This document shows positions 1 through 8,846 of a stretch of DNA of 64,000 bases, piece by piece. A model generated the notes under the pieces. That model worked only from the letters and a program-made list of their open reading frames with translations. It ran no database searches and had not been told where the DNA came from. Position numbers and translations under genes: made by a program. Every line of letters begins with the position of its first letter. Within the stretch, counting starts at the first letter, position 1. Source of the DNA: Rhizomicrobium sp. (GTDB taxonomy: Bacteria; Pseudomonadota; Alphaproteobacteria; Micropepsales; Micropepsaceae); the NCBI GenBank assembly GCA_035761325.1, contig DASTRG010000179.1:10879-74878 (forward strand), written 5' to 3'.

Positions 1-548
1 GTCGCAAGCAGCCGCGTACAGGTGATGGCGTGGCGCGGGTCCAGTCCGGCGATGGGCTCGTCCACGACGAGAAGCTGCGGATCGCCCACCAGCGCGCGGG
101 CCAGCATGGCGCGCGCCAGCTCTCCGCCCGACAGCGTCGTTGCGGGCTGGAAGCGGCGTTCCCACAGGTCGCATCGCTTCAATACGCGCGCGATGGCGGG
201 CGCGAAAGCGTCGGGCAAGCCTCCTGTGGCGGGAAGCCGGGGCGTCAGGCCCAGCGCCACCAGCCGCTCCACCGAAATGGGCCATTCCACAAGCGGATTC
301 TGGGGCACCCAGGCGCGGCGGGCCGCCAGCGCTCGCGGCCCCAGTCCGGCAAGCGGCGTTCCGTCCAATGTCACGGCCCCCTCGTCCGGCCGCACCAGTC
401 CCGCCAGCGCCGAGAGAAGCGTGGACTTGCCCGCGCCATTGGGGCCGATCACGGCGATGAACTCCCCCGCACCGGCCGTCAGCGAAACATCGGACAGGAT
501 CATCCTGCCGCCCCGACGCACCGTCAGGCTGTCGGCCACCAGCCTCAT
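1..548 (-). CDS. btuD: ABC transporter ATP-binding subunit (BtuD/FecE type), truncated by the window edge
   Basis: Minus-strand translation from ATG 548 gives MRLVADSLTVRRGG...IGPNGAGKST (Walker A) and LSGGELARAMLARALVGDPQLLVVDEP (signature/Walker B). ATGA overlap with the permease stop. Not in the ORF track because it runs off the edge. Confidence 0.88.
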   Translation of the reverse strand, partial: MRLVADSLTVRRGGRMILSDVSLTAGAGEFIAVIGPNGAGKSTLLSALAGLVRPDEGAVTLDGTPLAGLGPRALAARRAWVPQNPLVEWPISVERLVALGLTPRLPATGGLPDAFAPAIARVLKRCDLWERRFQPATTLSGGELARAMLARALVGDPQLLVVDEPIAGLDPRHAITCTRLLA

Positions 549-1522
549 GGTGATACCTTCCGTATACGGACGACGAGCCAGAAGAAGAAGGGCGTGCCCA
601 GAAGGCTGGTGAAGACCCCCAGCTTCAGTTCGGGATTGGTGTGGACCAGCCGGGCCGCGATGTCTGCGGCCAGCAGCAGCAGCGCCCCGGCCAACGCGGC
701 GGGCAACAGCACCCGGCGCGGCTGGTAACCGACCAGCGGGCGCACCAGGTGCGGAGCCACCAGCCCGATGAACCCGATCGCGCCGGTGACCGCCGTGACC
801 GCGCCCACCGACAGCGCCGTGCCGCCCACGACCAACATCGCCAGCCGCCGCACATCGATGCCCAGGCTTTGGGCCTGTGCCTCGCCCAGGGTCAGCGCGT
901 CCAGCCCCCGCCCCGTTGCCGCCAAAAGGCCCGCGCCGGCCATTGCAAAGGGCAGCGCCAGCCATACCTGCGTCCAGCTCTTGTCGGCGATGGAGCCCAG
1001 CAGCCAGGACATGATCTCGTAGGCGGCATAGGGATTGGGCGCGAAATTCAACGCCATTGCGATGCCTGCGGCGGTCAAGCTGGACACCGCCGCCCCCGCA
1101 AGAACCAGCGCCACCGTGCCGCCACCGCCGCCCAACGCAAAGGTCAGTCCGCAGGCGCCCAGCGCGCCGATCATGCCCATGACCGGCGCGGTGAGCGCCG
1201 AAACCGCGGCCAGCCCGAAATAGATCGCGATCACCGCGCCCAGCGCCGCGCCGCCGGACACGCCCAGCAGTGCAGGTTCGGCCAACGGGTTGCGGGTGAA
1301 GCCCTGAAGCACCGCGCCCGACAGGCCCAGCACCGCGCCCACCACCAGCGCCAGCGCCGTCCGCGGCGCGCGAATGTCCAGCACGATCAGCGAAGCCAGC
1401 GAGCCGGGCGCCTGCCATAGATCGAGCAGCGACGATGGCGGCAGCCAGACTCGTCCCGCCAGAAGCGAAGCGCAGATGCAACCGCCGATCAGTAGCACCA
1501 GCGCCAGGTTAAGGCGGCTCAT
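545..1522 (-). CDS. btuC: FecCD/BtuC-family ABC permease
   Basis: Motifs DIRAPR, LQGFTRNPLAEP, LTLGEAQAQSLG and IGFIGLVAPHLVR. Start re-picked at ATG 1522 (MSRLNLAL). The btu name rests on the riboswitch context. Confidence 0.88.
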   Translation of the reverse strand: MSRLNLALVLLIGGCICASLLAGRVWLPPSSLLDLWQAPGSLASLIVLDIRAPRTALALVVGAVLGLSGAVLQGFTRNPLAEPALLGVSGGAALGAVIAIYFGLAAVSALTAPVMGMIGALGACGLTFALGGGGGTVALVLAGAAVSSLTAAGIAMALNFAPNPYAAYEIMSWLLGSIADKSWTQVWLALPFAMAGAGLLAATGRGLDALTLGEAQAQSLGIDVRRLAMLVVGGTALSVGAVTAVTGAIGFIGLVAPHLVRPLVGYQPRRVLLPAALAGALLLLAADIAARLVHTNPELKLGVFTSLLGTPFFFWLVVRIRKVSP

Positions 1523-2345
1523 TGCCTGCCCCCCTGATGCCGTTCTGTATCTGACGCGCGCCCTCAACGGCTTCAGGCACGCCGCACCCATAAAGACCGC
1601 GATAGGTTATCCGCCGCCCCCGGTACCGCGCCAACAGAGCCGGGTGCATGTCCTGGTCGGCGCGCAGCGAGGCCATGCCGGCATAGGTGTCGCCATAGAC
1701 CAGGAAATCGGGGCGCGCCGCCAGCAATGACTCCACATCGTAATAGCCGAAGCTGCGCCGTTCGACATTGCGCGCGCCCGCCGCCGTCAGCAGCGCGCCG
1801 AAAAGCCCGCCCTTGCCGGGGACATAGCCGCCTTCACCCCATTCGGCCACGCTCGGGGCGCCGCGAGGGCGATGGGCCTTCAACTCGCCAAGCTGGGCAT
1901 CCATGTGGGCGATCAGCACTTCACCCTTTTTCTCTTCGCCGACCGCGCGGGCGACCAGCCTGACATTGGCGCGGACCTGGGCAAAATTCTCCGCCGGCGG
2001 CACTTCCACGATGCGCGCGCCGGTTTTCGCCAGGAGCGGCTTCAGTGCGGGTGGCGTGAAAGTATCAGTAAGGATCAGGTCGGGATGGACCGCCAGTATC
2101 TCCTCTGCGGTGTTGTGGTTGACGGGTATGCGCGCGCCCTGCGGCCACACTTTCAAGGACGCCGGTTCTCGCGACAGGAAGGTGATCGATGCGATGCGCG
2201 AGGTGGGCACCAGATCCAGCAGCAATTCGTCGGTGCAGACCTTGAGGGACATTATCCGCTCAGGCCGGGCGTGAGAGGGCGGCGCGGCCGCCCCCTCCCC
2301 CGACAGGATCAGAACCACAGCCGCGATAATCCTGCGCTTCATCAA
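1509..2345 (-). CDS. btuF: Periplasmic cobalamin/iron-complex binding protein (BtuF-like, class III SBP)
   Basis: Signal peptide, RIMSLKVCTDELLL and EEILAVHPDLIL motifs. Lies between the TonB receptor and the permease. Confidence 0.8.
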   Translation of the reverse strand: MMKRRIIAAVVLILSGEGAAAPPSHARPERIMSLKVCTDELLLDLVPTSRIASITFLSREPASLKVWPQGARIPVNHNTAEEILAVHPDLILTDTFTPPALKPLLAKTGARIVEVPPAENFAQVRANVRLVARAVGEEKKGEVLIAHMDAQLGELKAHRPRGAPSVAEWGEGGYVPGKGGLFGALLTAAGARNVERRSFGYYDVESLLAARPDFLVYGDTYAGMASLRADQDMHPALLARYRGRRITYRGLYGCGVPEAVEGARQIQNGIRGAGNEPP

Positions 2346-4201
2346 AGACTCGCCTTCAGTCCGGCCCAGGCGCCGAAGCCCGGGCGCTGGAATCCCACCG
2401 GATCCTGGTATCGTTCATCGAACAGATTCTCCACACGGCCAAAAAGGGCGAATTCGGGAATAACCTGCCAGGTGGCCGCCAGATTTACCGTTGCATAGCC
2501 CCCAAGCCTTTCGCGCGCGAAGCTTTCGCGGCCGATATCGTCGCGCGGCCCCACATACAGCACGCTGGCGTCCAGCAGCAGCGCATCGTCCGCCTGCCAC
2601 GCGGCGTCCAGGCTGGCCTTGTGCCGCGGGCGGCGCAGCAGCGCGTCATGGGTCACCGCATTGACCGCCTCCGTATAGGTATAGTCCGCGCGCAGGGTCA
2701 ACGCCTCGATGGGCTGGTAAACCGCGAAGCTTTCAACGCCTTGGGTTCGGGCGCGATCAACATTGATGGGCGTGAAGGCGACGTCGTAATTGATCAGATT
2801 GTCAATGTCGTTGTGAAACCAGGTAAAGCCCGCGCTGGCCGCGCCGTCCAGGAAACCCTGTTCCACGCCGACGTCATAGCCGGTACTGGTTTCCGGTTTC
2901 AGCAATAGGTTGTGGCCAAAGGGCCCGAACAGCTGCTGCAGCGACGGCGCCTTGAAGCCGCTCCCGGCGCTGGCCTTCAGCCGCGTCTGGCCGATGGTGA
3001 AGCTGGGCGCGACATGCCAGGTCGGTTTGCCGCCATAGCGGCTGTTGCCGTCATAGCGCAGGCTGATGCTGTTGGAGAGGCCGTTACCGAAATCGGAATT
3101 CAGTTCGGCATAGCCGGCGTTGGTGGTGATGCTGAAGGATGTCGGCTTGTGGATGGCGTCACGCGCCGTCTCGGCGCCTAGCACCAGTGTCTGGCCTTCA
3201 AAGATTACGGCATGGCCCTGCCAGTCGAGCTTGATACGGTTGCCCGCCACCCGCGAATAGCCGTTGTCGGGATCAGCATCGGAGATGGCGCTGCTGCTAT
3301 AGGCCAGGCCCAGCTCCTGGGTGATGCCACCCAGGGTCAGATTGGCACTTGCACGGCCGTCATATTGCAAGGTGCCGATGCGGCTGCGCACGCGTGCCGG
3401 GTAGGAGGCAAAAGTTACCGGATCGAACGCATCGTTGGTGATCTTGCCCAGGCTGGTGTTCACATGCGCCACCAAATTCAGGTGCAACGCCTCGCTGACG
3501 TCATAGCCCAGTTTGGTGCTGCCGGTGACGTTGTCATAATAATCGTCGTTGCGCTTTTCGCCCGGCAACAGGAGGGAGAGCGGCGTCACCGCCGTTGCAC
3601 CCACATGCTGGTGCTGGACGGTGGCGACATAATGGAAGCCGCTGTTCGACCCGGCCAGCGAGGCCGTCTGGCTGAAGGTATCGAACGAGCCGCCCTCGGC
3701 ACTGGCGGTAAGATGTGCCGGCCCCTGACCGTCCTTTGTGGTGATTGAGATCACGCCGCCGATCGCGTCCGAGCCATAAAGACCCGATTGCGGCCCACGC
3801 AGGACTTCCACGCGCGCAATGTCGCCCGCCAGGAGCTTGGAAATGTCGGCCTGGCCAGTGGGATTGGACGCATCGCCGATATCGATGCCGTCCAACAGCA
3901 CTTTCGTGTGGTTGGAATTTGTGCCCCGCAGAAAGATCGAGGTCTGTGCGCCGGCGCCGCCGCTTTGGGCGACGTTCAGGCCCGGTACGTCGCGCAGCAC
4001 ATCCGCCAGCGACTGCTGCTGGTGCAGGGCGATGTCGGCAGCCGTGATGACGGTGACGCTGCTGCCAATTTCGGCGGCAGGCGCGGCCAGCCGCGTGGCG
4101 CTGACCACCACGCTTTCGTCACCGGGATTGAAATCGTCAGCGTGCGCGATGGCGGCCGATAGCGCCAGCGCGGCGCTTGTTGTGAAGAGCTTCTTGAACA
4201 T
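2342..4201 (-). CDS. btuB: TonB-dependent cobalamin receptor
   Basis: Start ATG 4201 (MFKKLFTTSAALALSAAIAHA signal peptide), TonB box ESVVVSAT, plug motifs RGTNSNHTKVLLDG and VEVLRGPQSGLYGSDAIGGVI, C-terminal ENLFDERY. Directly downstream of a B12 riboswitch. Confidence 0.88.
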   Translation of the reverse strand: MFKKLFTTSAALALSAAIAHADDFNPGDESVVVSATRLAAPAAEIGSSVTVITAADIALHQQQSLADVLRDVPGLNVAQSGGAGAQTSIFLRGTNSNHTKVLLDGIDIGDASNPTGQADISKLLAGDIARVEVLRGPQSGLYGSDAIGGVISITTKDGQGPAHLTASAEGGSFDTFSQTASLAGSNSGFHYVATVQHQHVGATAVTPLSLLLPGEKRNDDYYDNVTGSTKLGYDVSEALHLNLVAHVNTSLGKITNDAFDPVTFASYPARVRSRIGTLQYDGRASANLTLGGITQELGLAYSSSAISDADPDNGYSRVAGNRIKLDWQGHAVIFEGQTLVLGAETARDAIHKPTSFSITTNAGYAELNSDFGNGLSNSISLRYDGNSRYGGKPTWHVAPSFTIGQTRLKASAGSGFKAPSLQQLFGPFGHNLLLKPETSTGYDVGVEQGFLDGAASAGFTWFHNDIDNLINYDVAFTPINVDRARTQGVESFAVYQPIEALTLRADYTYTEAVNAVTHDALLRRPRHKASLDAAWQADDALLLDASVLYVGPRDDIGRESFARERLGGYATVNLAATWQVIPEFALFGRVENLFDERYQDPVGFQRPGFGAWAGLKASL

Positions 4202-4205
4202 GGCT

Positions 4206-4223
4206 ATCCCCTGGCAGGGAGAT
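4206..4223 (-). promoter_or_regulatory. Putative RBS-sequestering hairpin of the btuB leader
   Basis: Minus strand ATCTCCCT-GCC-AGGGGAT can form a 7-bp stem with one bulge that covers the AGGGGA Shine-Dalgarno just before the ATG at 4201. Confidence 0.45.
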
Positions 4224-4339
4224 GCCGCGCGCCCGGCTGTGATGTGTGCTGAAATTGCGCACGGCGACCTCCATTGGCGTCGCCATCGCGGTTTCTCCCG
4301 CTGCATTTGGCGCACCCCGGCCGCATGCAAGACGACAGC

Positions 4340-4500
4340 GCAAGGCAGGTTTCCTGGCTTCCGGGTCTGGGCTTGACCCACCTTCCCAGCCTCCATGCGG
4401 ATGCCAGTGGTTTTTTCGGGCCTTGCTCGCCGGTTACAGTTGCGGGGGCAGCCGCGGCATTCAACCGCGTTCCCTACACCTAGCACCTGAACCGGCTTAT
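4340..4500 (-). ncRNA. Cobalamin (AdoCbl) riboswitch
   Basis: Minus strand carries GGTGC...AGGGAA...GCCCCCGCAACTGTAA...CCACTG...GGGAAGG...AAGCCAGGAAACCTGCC, the conserved core and B12 box, upstream of btuB. Ends are approximate. Confidence 0.93.
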
Positions 4501-4731
4501 CGGACAGCGGCCCGGCGCCGTCAAGCGGCCCCCGCGGATCGTGCAGAATTGGGCTGGGCGGCAAAGGCAATTGCGCCGAGACGTGGTGGACGGAAGATTA
4601 GTCCGCAATCCCAAGTCGGTTTTCCGGCCGGCGATCTCGACAATTCCCCTGCGAAATATGTGGAAAACGTGACGCAAGACGGGAGCGCGCCGGCAGGTCT
4701 ACACTGGGCTGACGCACCACAGGAGGACTTC

Positions 4732-5388
4732 ATGCCACTTGCCATAAACGAAACCGCGCCTGACTTCACCGCCGATTCCACCGAAGGACCGCTGCACTTC
4801 TATGACTGGGCGGGCGACAACTGGGTGTTGTTCTTCTCCCATCCCAAGGACTTTACCCCCGTCTGCACGACAGAACTTGGCGCGGTGGCCAAGCTGAAAC
4901 CTGAATTCGACAAGCGCGGCGTCAAGGTGCTGGGTCTGTCAGTGGATCCGGTCGTGAACCACACCAAATGGGCCGAGGACATCAGGGAGACGCAGGGCAC
5001 GGCGCCGAACTATCCCATGATCGGCGATACCGACCTCAAGGTATCCAAGCTTTACGGCATGCTGCCCGCCGACACGCCGGGTACTTCGGAAGGTCGCACG
5101 CCTGCCGACAACGCCACCGTGCGTAACGTCTTCGTCATCGGCCCGGACAAGAAGATCAAACTTGTGCTGATCTACCCCATGTCAACGGGGCGTAACTTCG
5201 CGGAAATCCTGCGTGCAATCGATTCCATACAGCTGACCGCCAGGCACAAGGTTGCGACACCGGCCGACTGGAAACAGGGCGAGGACATCATCATCAGCGG
5301 TGCGGTCAGCAACGAGGAAGCCAGCAAGCTGTTCCCCGGCTACAAGACGCACAAGCCCTATCTGAGGACGGCGGCAGCGCCAAAGTAA
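4732..5388 (+). CDS. 1-Cys peroxiredoxin (Prx6 family)
   Basis: FSHPKDFTPVCTTE peroxidatic motif, YPMSTGRNF, TPADW. AGGAGG RBS just before ATG 4732. Confidence 0.93.
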   Translation: MPLAINETAPDFTADSTEGPLHFYDWAGDNWVLFFSHPKDFTPVCTTELGAVAKLKPEFDKRGVKVLGLSVDPVVNHTKWAEDIRETQGTAPNYPMIGDTDLKVSKLYGMLPADTPGTSEGRTPADNATVRNVFVIGPDKKIKLVLIYPMSTGRNFAEILRAIDSIQLTARHKVATPADWKQGEDIIISGAVSNEEASKLFPGYKTHKPYLRTAAAPK

Positions 5389-5399
5389 CACGGCTGGCG

Positions 5400-5525
5400 C
5401 GTCGTGCCGGAACAAACACGATGGCGTGAAGCGGGGAAGATCACCGGGCGTACTTTGGCTTGGCATGAAGCCAAGGCGATGGCCTGGCGCCTTCCCCGCC
5501 GCTTCGCGGCTCGCCCGGCACGACG
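5400..5525. repeat. Long imperfect inverted repeat between convergent genes (bidirectional terminator or REP-like element)
   Basis: CGTCGTGCCGG (5400-5410) pairs with CCGGCACGACG (5515-5525). Inner arms GAAGCGGGGAAG and CTTCCCCGCCGCTTC. Apical stem TTGGCTT-GGCATG-AAGCCAA. Confidence 0.6.
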
Positions 5526-6485
5526 TCAGAGGCTGGGCTGGGCGGCTGTCCGCTTCTTCCATTTGTAAATGGCCAGCGAATTCTTCCAGAAATACTTCTC
5601 TGCGGCTTCACGCGTGCGTGTGGCGAAATAAGCCCGCGCTAAGGCGACAATTTCGGCGGGCGTGGCGGTTCCCCAGCTGTTCGGCCAATCGGTGCCGAAC
5701 ACCACCCGGTCCTCGCCGAACGCCTCCATCAACTGATCCAGACGCGCCTTGTGGGCGGCAAGTCCGCGCGCCTTCATGGAGCGGTGATCGATCTCCGACA
5801 GCTTGGCATTGATCTTGGGCCGGCCGTGGATTTCGCGCAGCAGCGCGGCATAGGCCTTTTCGTCATCAGGATCGAGCTGCGGCAGGTGGTCGATCACGAT
5901 CCGCAGGGACGGAATTTTGTCATTGATCCGGATCATCGCCTCCAGCAGGCCCAGCGTGGGATTGGCCGAATCCATCACCGCATCGGCGTCGGCCACGCGC
6001 TTGAGTCCGTCGATGAATTTCGGATCGCCGATCTGCTTGCTCACATCGCGGCCCCAGATATTGCCGCAGCGTATGCCCAGGAACATCGGGTTCTTGCGGA
6101 AGCGGTCGAACAATTGGGGAAAGTCGGGCTTTTCCGGTTCCAGGTCGCCAACCGTGCCGACAAACAGCGGATCGGTCTGCATCTGTTCCAGCACCCAAAG
6201 ATTGTCCTCCACCCAGGGACTGGCCTCCAACTCGATGGCACCCACGATGTTCAGCGGCTTGGCATAGCGATCATAGATCGAAGGCAGTGCGACGCCGTGC
6301 ATGTCGCGCGCCCATTCCGGCGAACCGGCATACGGCACGCCCTGCGGACGGCGGGAATCGAACAGGTGCACATGGGTGTCAATGATGGGGATATCCTCCA
6401 GCGACGCGGCCCGGGCCGCAGTCGCCGACATTGCTTCCACCAGCGCCGCCGCGCCGGCCCCGCCCAAAAAATCGCGCCGCTGCAT
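5526..6485 (-). CDS. Tat-exported amidohydrolase_2 family protein (lactonase-like)
   Basis: Start 6485 after a GGAGGG RBS. MQRRDFLGG twin-arginine signal, IIDTHVHLFD metal motif, IVIDHL, FGTDWP. Confidence 0.85.
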   Translation of the reverse strand: MQRRDFLGGAGAAALVEAMSATAARAASLEDIPIIDTHVHLFDSRRPQGVPYAGSPEWARDMHGVALPSIYDRYAKPLNIVGAIELEASPWVEDNLWVLEQMQTDPLFVGTVGDLEPEKPDFPQLFDRFRKNPMFLGIRCGNIWGRDVSKQIGDPKFIDGLKRVADADAVMDSANPTLGLLEAMIRINDKIPSLRIVIDHLPQLDPDDEKAYAALLREIHGRPKINAKLSEIDHRSMKARGLAAHKARLDQLMEAFGEDRVVFGTDWPNSWGTATPAEIVALARAYFATRTREAAEKYFWKNSLAIYKWKKRTAAQPSL

Positions 6486-6493
6486 GTTCCCTC

Positions 6494-7294
6494 CTATTTC
6501 ATCCGCTGCAGGCCCTTGTTCTCCCAAAGGGCGACATGCTCGGGTGCCATCAGATAATCGAGAAAGGCCTTCGCGGCCTGCTGGTGGGTGGACCGCGACG
6601 ATACCGCCAGCGCGGTGTCGATATAGGCACCCAGTTCCTCGGGCACCGTTCCGACCAGTTCTATCTCAGGATGGTTGAGCACCTCGCAGATAAGCTGCAG
6701 CGCCATGTCACCCTCGCCGCGCACCAGCGCCTGGCCACCCTCGCCTTTCAGACTGATCTTGCTCTTCACGCCCTCGAAAATCGGATAGCGGTGCAGCATG
6801 TCGTTGATGATGCGCGCCTCCATGCTGCCGGTGGCGGGATTGGAATAGAGTACCGTGCCGCCGGCTTTCAGCGCCGCGGCCAGCTTCTCGGGTGTCGAGA
6901 TATCAGGATGCGGCTTGCCTTTGGGCACCGCCAGGCCGACATAGACGCGGCCCAGACGCGCGCGGGTTCCGGCCACGACGCTGCCTTCGGCTTCCATCCC
7001 GTCCATGAAGGCAATCGGCAGCGCCACCACATCGGCAACAGGCGTGCCGGTCTTGATGTCATTCACGAGGCGGGCCATGCCGGTGGCCTTGACCGTGACC
7101 TTGACGCCGGTCTCCCTGGTATAGGACTGGGCCAGATCCACCAGCCCGGAATTGTAGACCACGCCCGGTGTCAGGACATAAAGCTCGGTCTGTTGCGCCG
7201 ACGCAGGTCCGGACACCAGAGTCCCTGCCGCCAAGGTTCCCAGCGCCAGCAGCGCCGCGATGGCCAAATTCGCACTACCAGGTTTGCGCATCAT
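6494..7294 (-). CDS. Orphan ModA-like periplasmic substrate-binding protein (SBP_bac_11 type)
   Basis: Signal peptide, GLAVPKGKPHPDISTPE and YSNPATGS motifs. No modB/modC nearby. Confidence 0.7.
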   Translation of the reverse strand: MMRKPGSANLAIAALLALGTLAAGTLVSGPASAQQTELYVLTPGVVYNSGLVDLAQSYTRETGVKVTVKATGMARLVNDIKTGTPVADVVALPIAFMDGMEAEGSVVAGTRARLGRVYVGLAVPKGKPHPDISTPEKLAAALKAGGTVLYSNPATGSMEARIINDMLHRYPIFEGVKSKISLKGEGGQALVRGEGDMALQLICEVLNHPEIELVGTVPEELGAYIDTALAVSSRSTHQQAAKAFLDYLMAPEHVALWENKGLQRMK

Positions 7295-7308
7295 TTTTTC
7301 CTGTCCTT

Positions 7309-8673
7309 CTATTCTTCAGCGGGCACGGCCGCCCCCATGTCGGCGTTCTGCGCCTCAGGCCCGAAATACATCATTGCCGCAATAAGAATTGCCGCGAAGG
7401 CGGCCACAACCGCCAGCGCGATGGAATAGTTGCCGCCCTGACTCTGCGCGAACTCGGCCTGGAACACTGCGTTGACGGAGGCGATCAGGTTGCCAAGCTG
7501 ATAGACGGTGCCGCCAAAAGTTCCCCGCACTGTGGCAGGCGACAGTTCGTTCAGGTGCACCGGCACTACGCCCCAGGCACCCTGCACGCAGACCTGCATC
7601 AGAAAGGCGCCGGCGGCCAGCGTGACCGCGGTAGGCGCATAGGCCCAGAAATAGATCACCGGCAGCGACAGCAGCGTCACCATCACCACTGTCTTGCGCC
7701 GTCCCAGTGTCTGGCTAAGAGAGGCGAAGAACAGTCCGCCCACGATCGCGCCGATGTTCAGGATGACCGTGACGGTCGTTACCGTGGCAGGGTCGAAATG
7801 ATGCTGCTCACGCAGGAAGACGGGGTAAAGATCCTGGGTGCCGTGGCTGAAGAAGTTGAAGCCTGTCATCAGGATGATGGCGTAAAGTGCCAGTTTCCAG
7901 TACTGCCGGATAAAGGGGGTCATCACCGCGGCGAGAACCAGCAGCGGCACCACCAGCAGGACGATGTAGAGCAGGCCCTGTTCGCGGCCGAACTCGATCA
8001 GCAGGAACATCACAACAACCAGCGCCGCGGTAACGCCGGCGAGGTGCAGGCCATGCCGGCCCGCGCTCACGATTGCAGGACGGCGCCAGGACGCACTCTC
8101 CGGTACCGCCAGGTAGATGTAGAGGGCCAGCAGAAGCCCTGGAACCAGCCCCGCCATGAACATGCCGCGCCAGCCAAAATGAACATATAGCACCCCGAAG
8201 ATCAGCGATGCGATCAAATACCCCGAAGGATAGCCTGACTGCAGCAGCCCGGAAACGAACCCCCGCGCCTTTGGCTGGACAGTCTCCATCGCAAGGCTCG
8301 CGCCGATACCCCAGATGCCGCCCATCGCAACGCCGAACAAGGCGCGAATAATCAGGAAAACATCAAGGCTGGTGGAGAATGCCGTGGCGAATCCGAACAC
8401 CGAATAGCAGACGACATTGAAGATCAGCACCTTGCGCCGGCCGTAATCGTCAGCCAGCCGGCCGAACAGAAACGCGCCAAGGGGACGCACCGCCAGCGTC
8501 AACGTCACCGCCAGCGCAACCGCGGGAATGCCCACGTCGAACTGCTTGGCCACATCGGGCAGAACGAAGACGAGCGCAAAGAAGTCGAGGGCGTCGAAGG
8601 TCCAGGCCAGGTAACTGGCAGCAACCACATGCTTCTGCGGCCGCGTCCAGCCCGAAAGTGCGCCCAGCGCCAT
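7309..8673 (-). CDS. MFS transporter, sialate:H+ symporter/JEN-like carboxylate family
   Basis: AWTFDALDFF, GRLADDYGRR, GLLQSGYPSGY, NFFSHGTQDLYP, QGAWGVVPVHLNELSP. Confidence 0.88.
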   Translation of the reverse strand: MALGALSGWTRPQKHVVAASYLAWTFDALDFFALVFVLPDVAKQFDVGIPAVALAVTLTLAVRPLGAFLFGRLADDYGRRKVLIFNVVCYSVFGFATAFSTSLDVFLIIRALFGVAMGGIWGIGASLAMETVQPKARGFVSGLLQSGYPSGYLIASLIFGVLYVHFGWRGMFMAGLVPGLLLALYIYLAVPESASWRRPAIVSAGRHGLHLAGVTAALVVVMFLLIEFGREQGLLYIVLLVVPLLVLAAVMTPFIRQYWKLALYAIILMTGFNFFSHGTQDLYPVFLREQHHFDPATVTTVTVILNIGAIVGGLFFASLSQTLGRRKTVVMVTLLSLPVIYFWAYAPTAVTLAAGAFLMQVCVQGAWGVVPVHLNELSPATVRGTFGGTVYQLGNLIASVNAVFQAEFAQSQGGNYSIALAVVAAFAAILIAAMMYFGPEAQNADMGAAVPAEE

Positions 8674-8846
8674 GCTCTACCCCGCCCCTTCTCAACCGGG
8701 CGAGTATGGCGGGACGAACGAATTCAGCAACCCCCTACCGCTTACTGCGTCGCAACAATATTCCGATAGCGCACAGGCGCGCTTTTATTTCGATGCAGGG
8801 CATCGGAACGAAGGGCCATTTCAGCCGGACGAACCCGCAGGCGTTC

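Noticed and set aside
4202-4570. N-terminal extension of the BtuB ORF given in the track, and the 4246 start of the peroxiredoxin ORF
   Set aside because: Both run through the riboswitch/leader. The signal peptide and RBS evidence support starts at 4201 and 4732.
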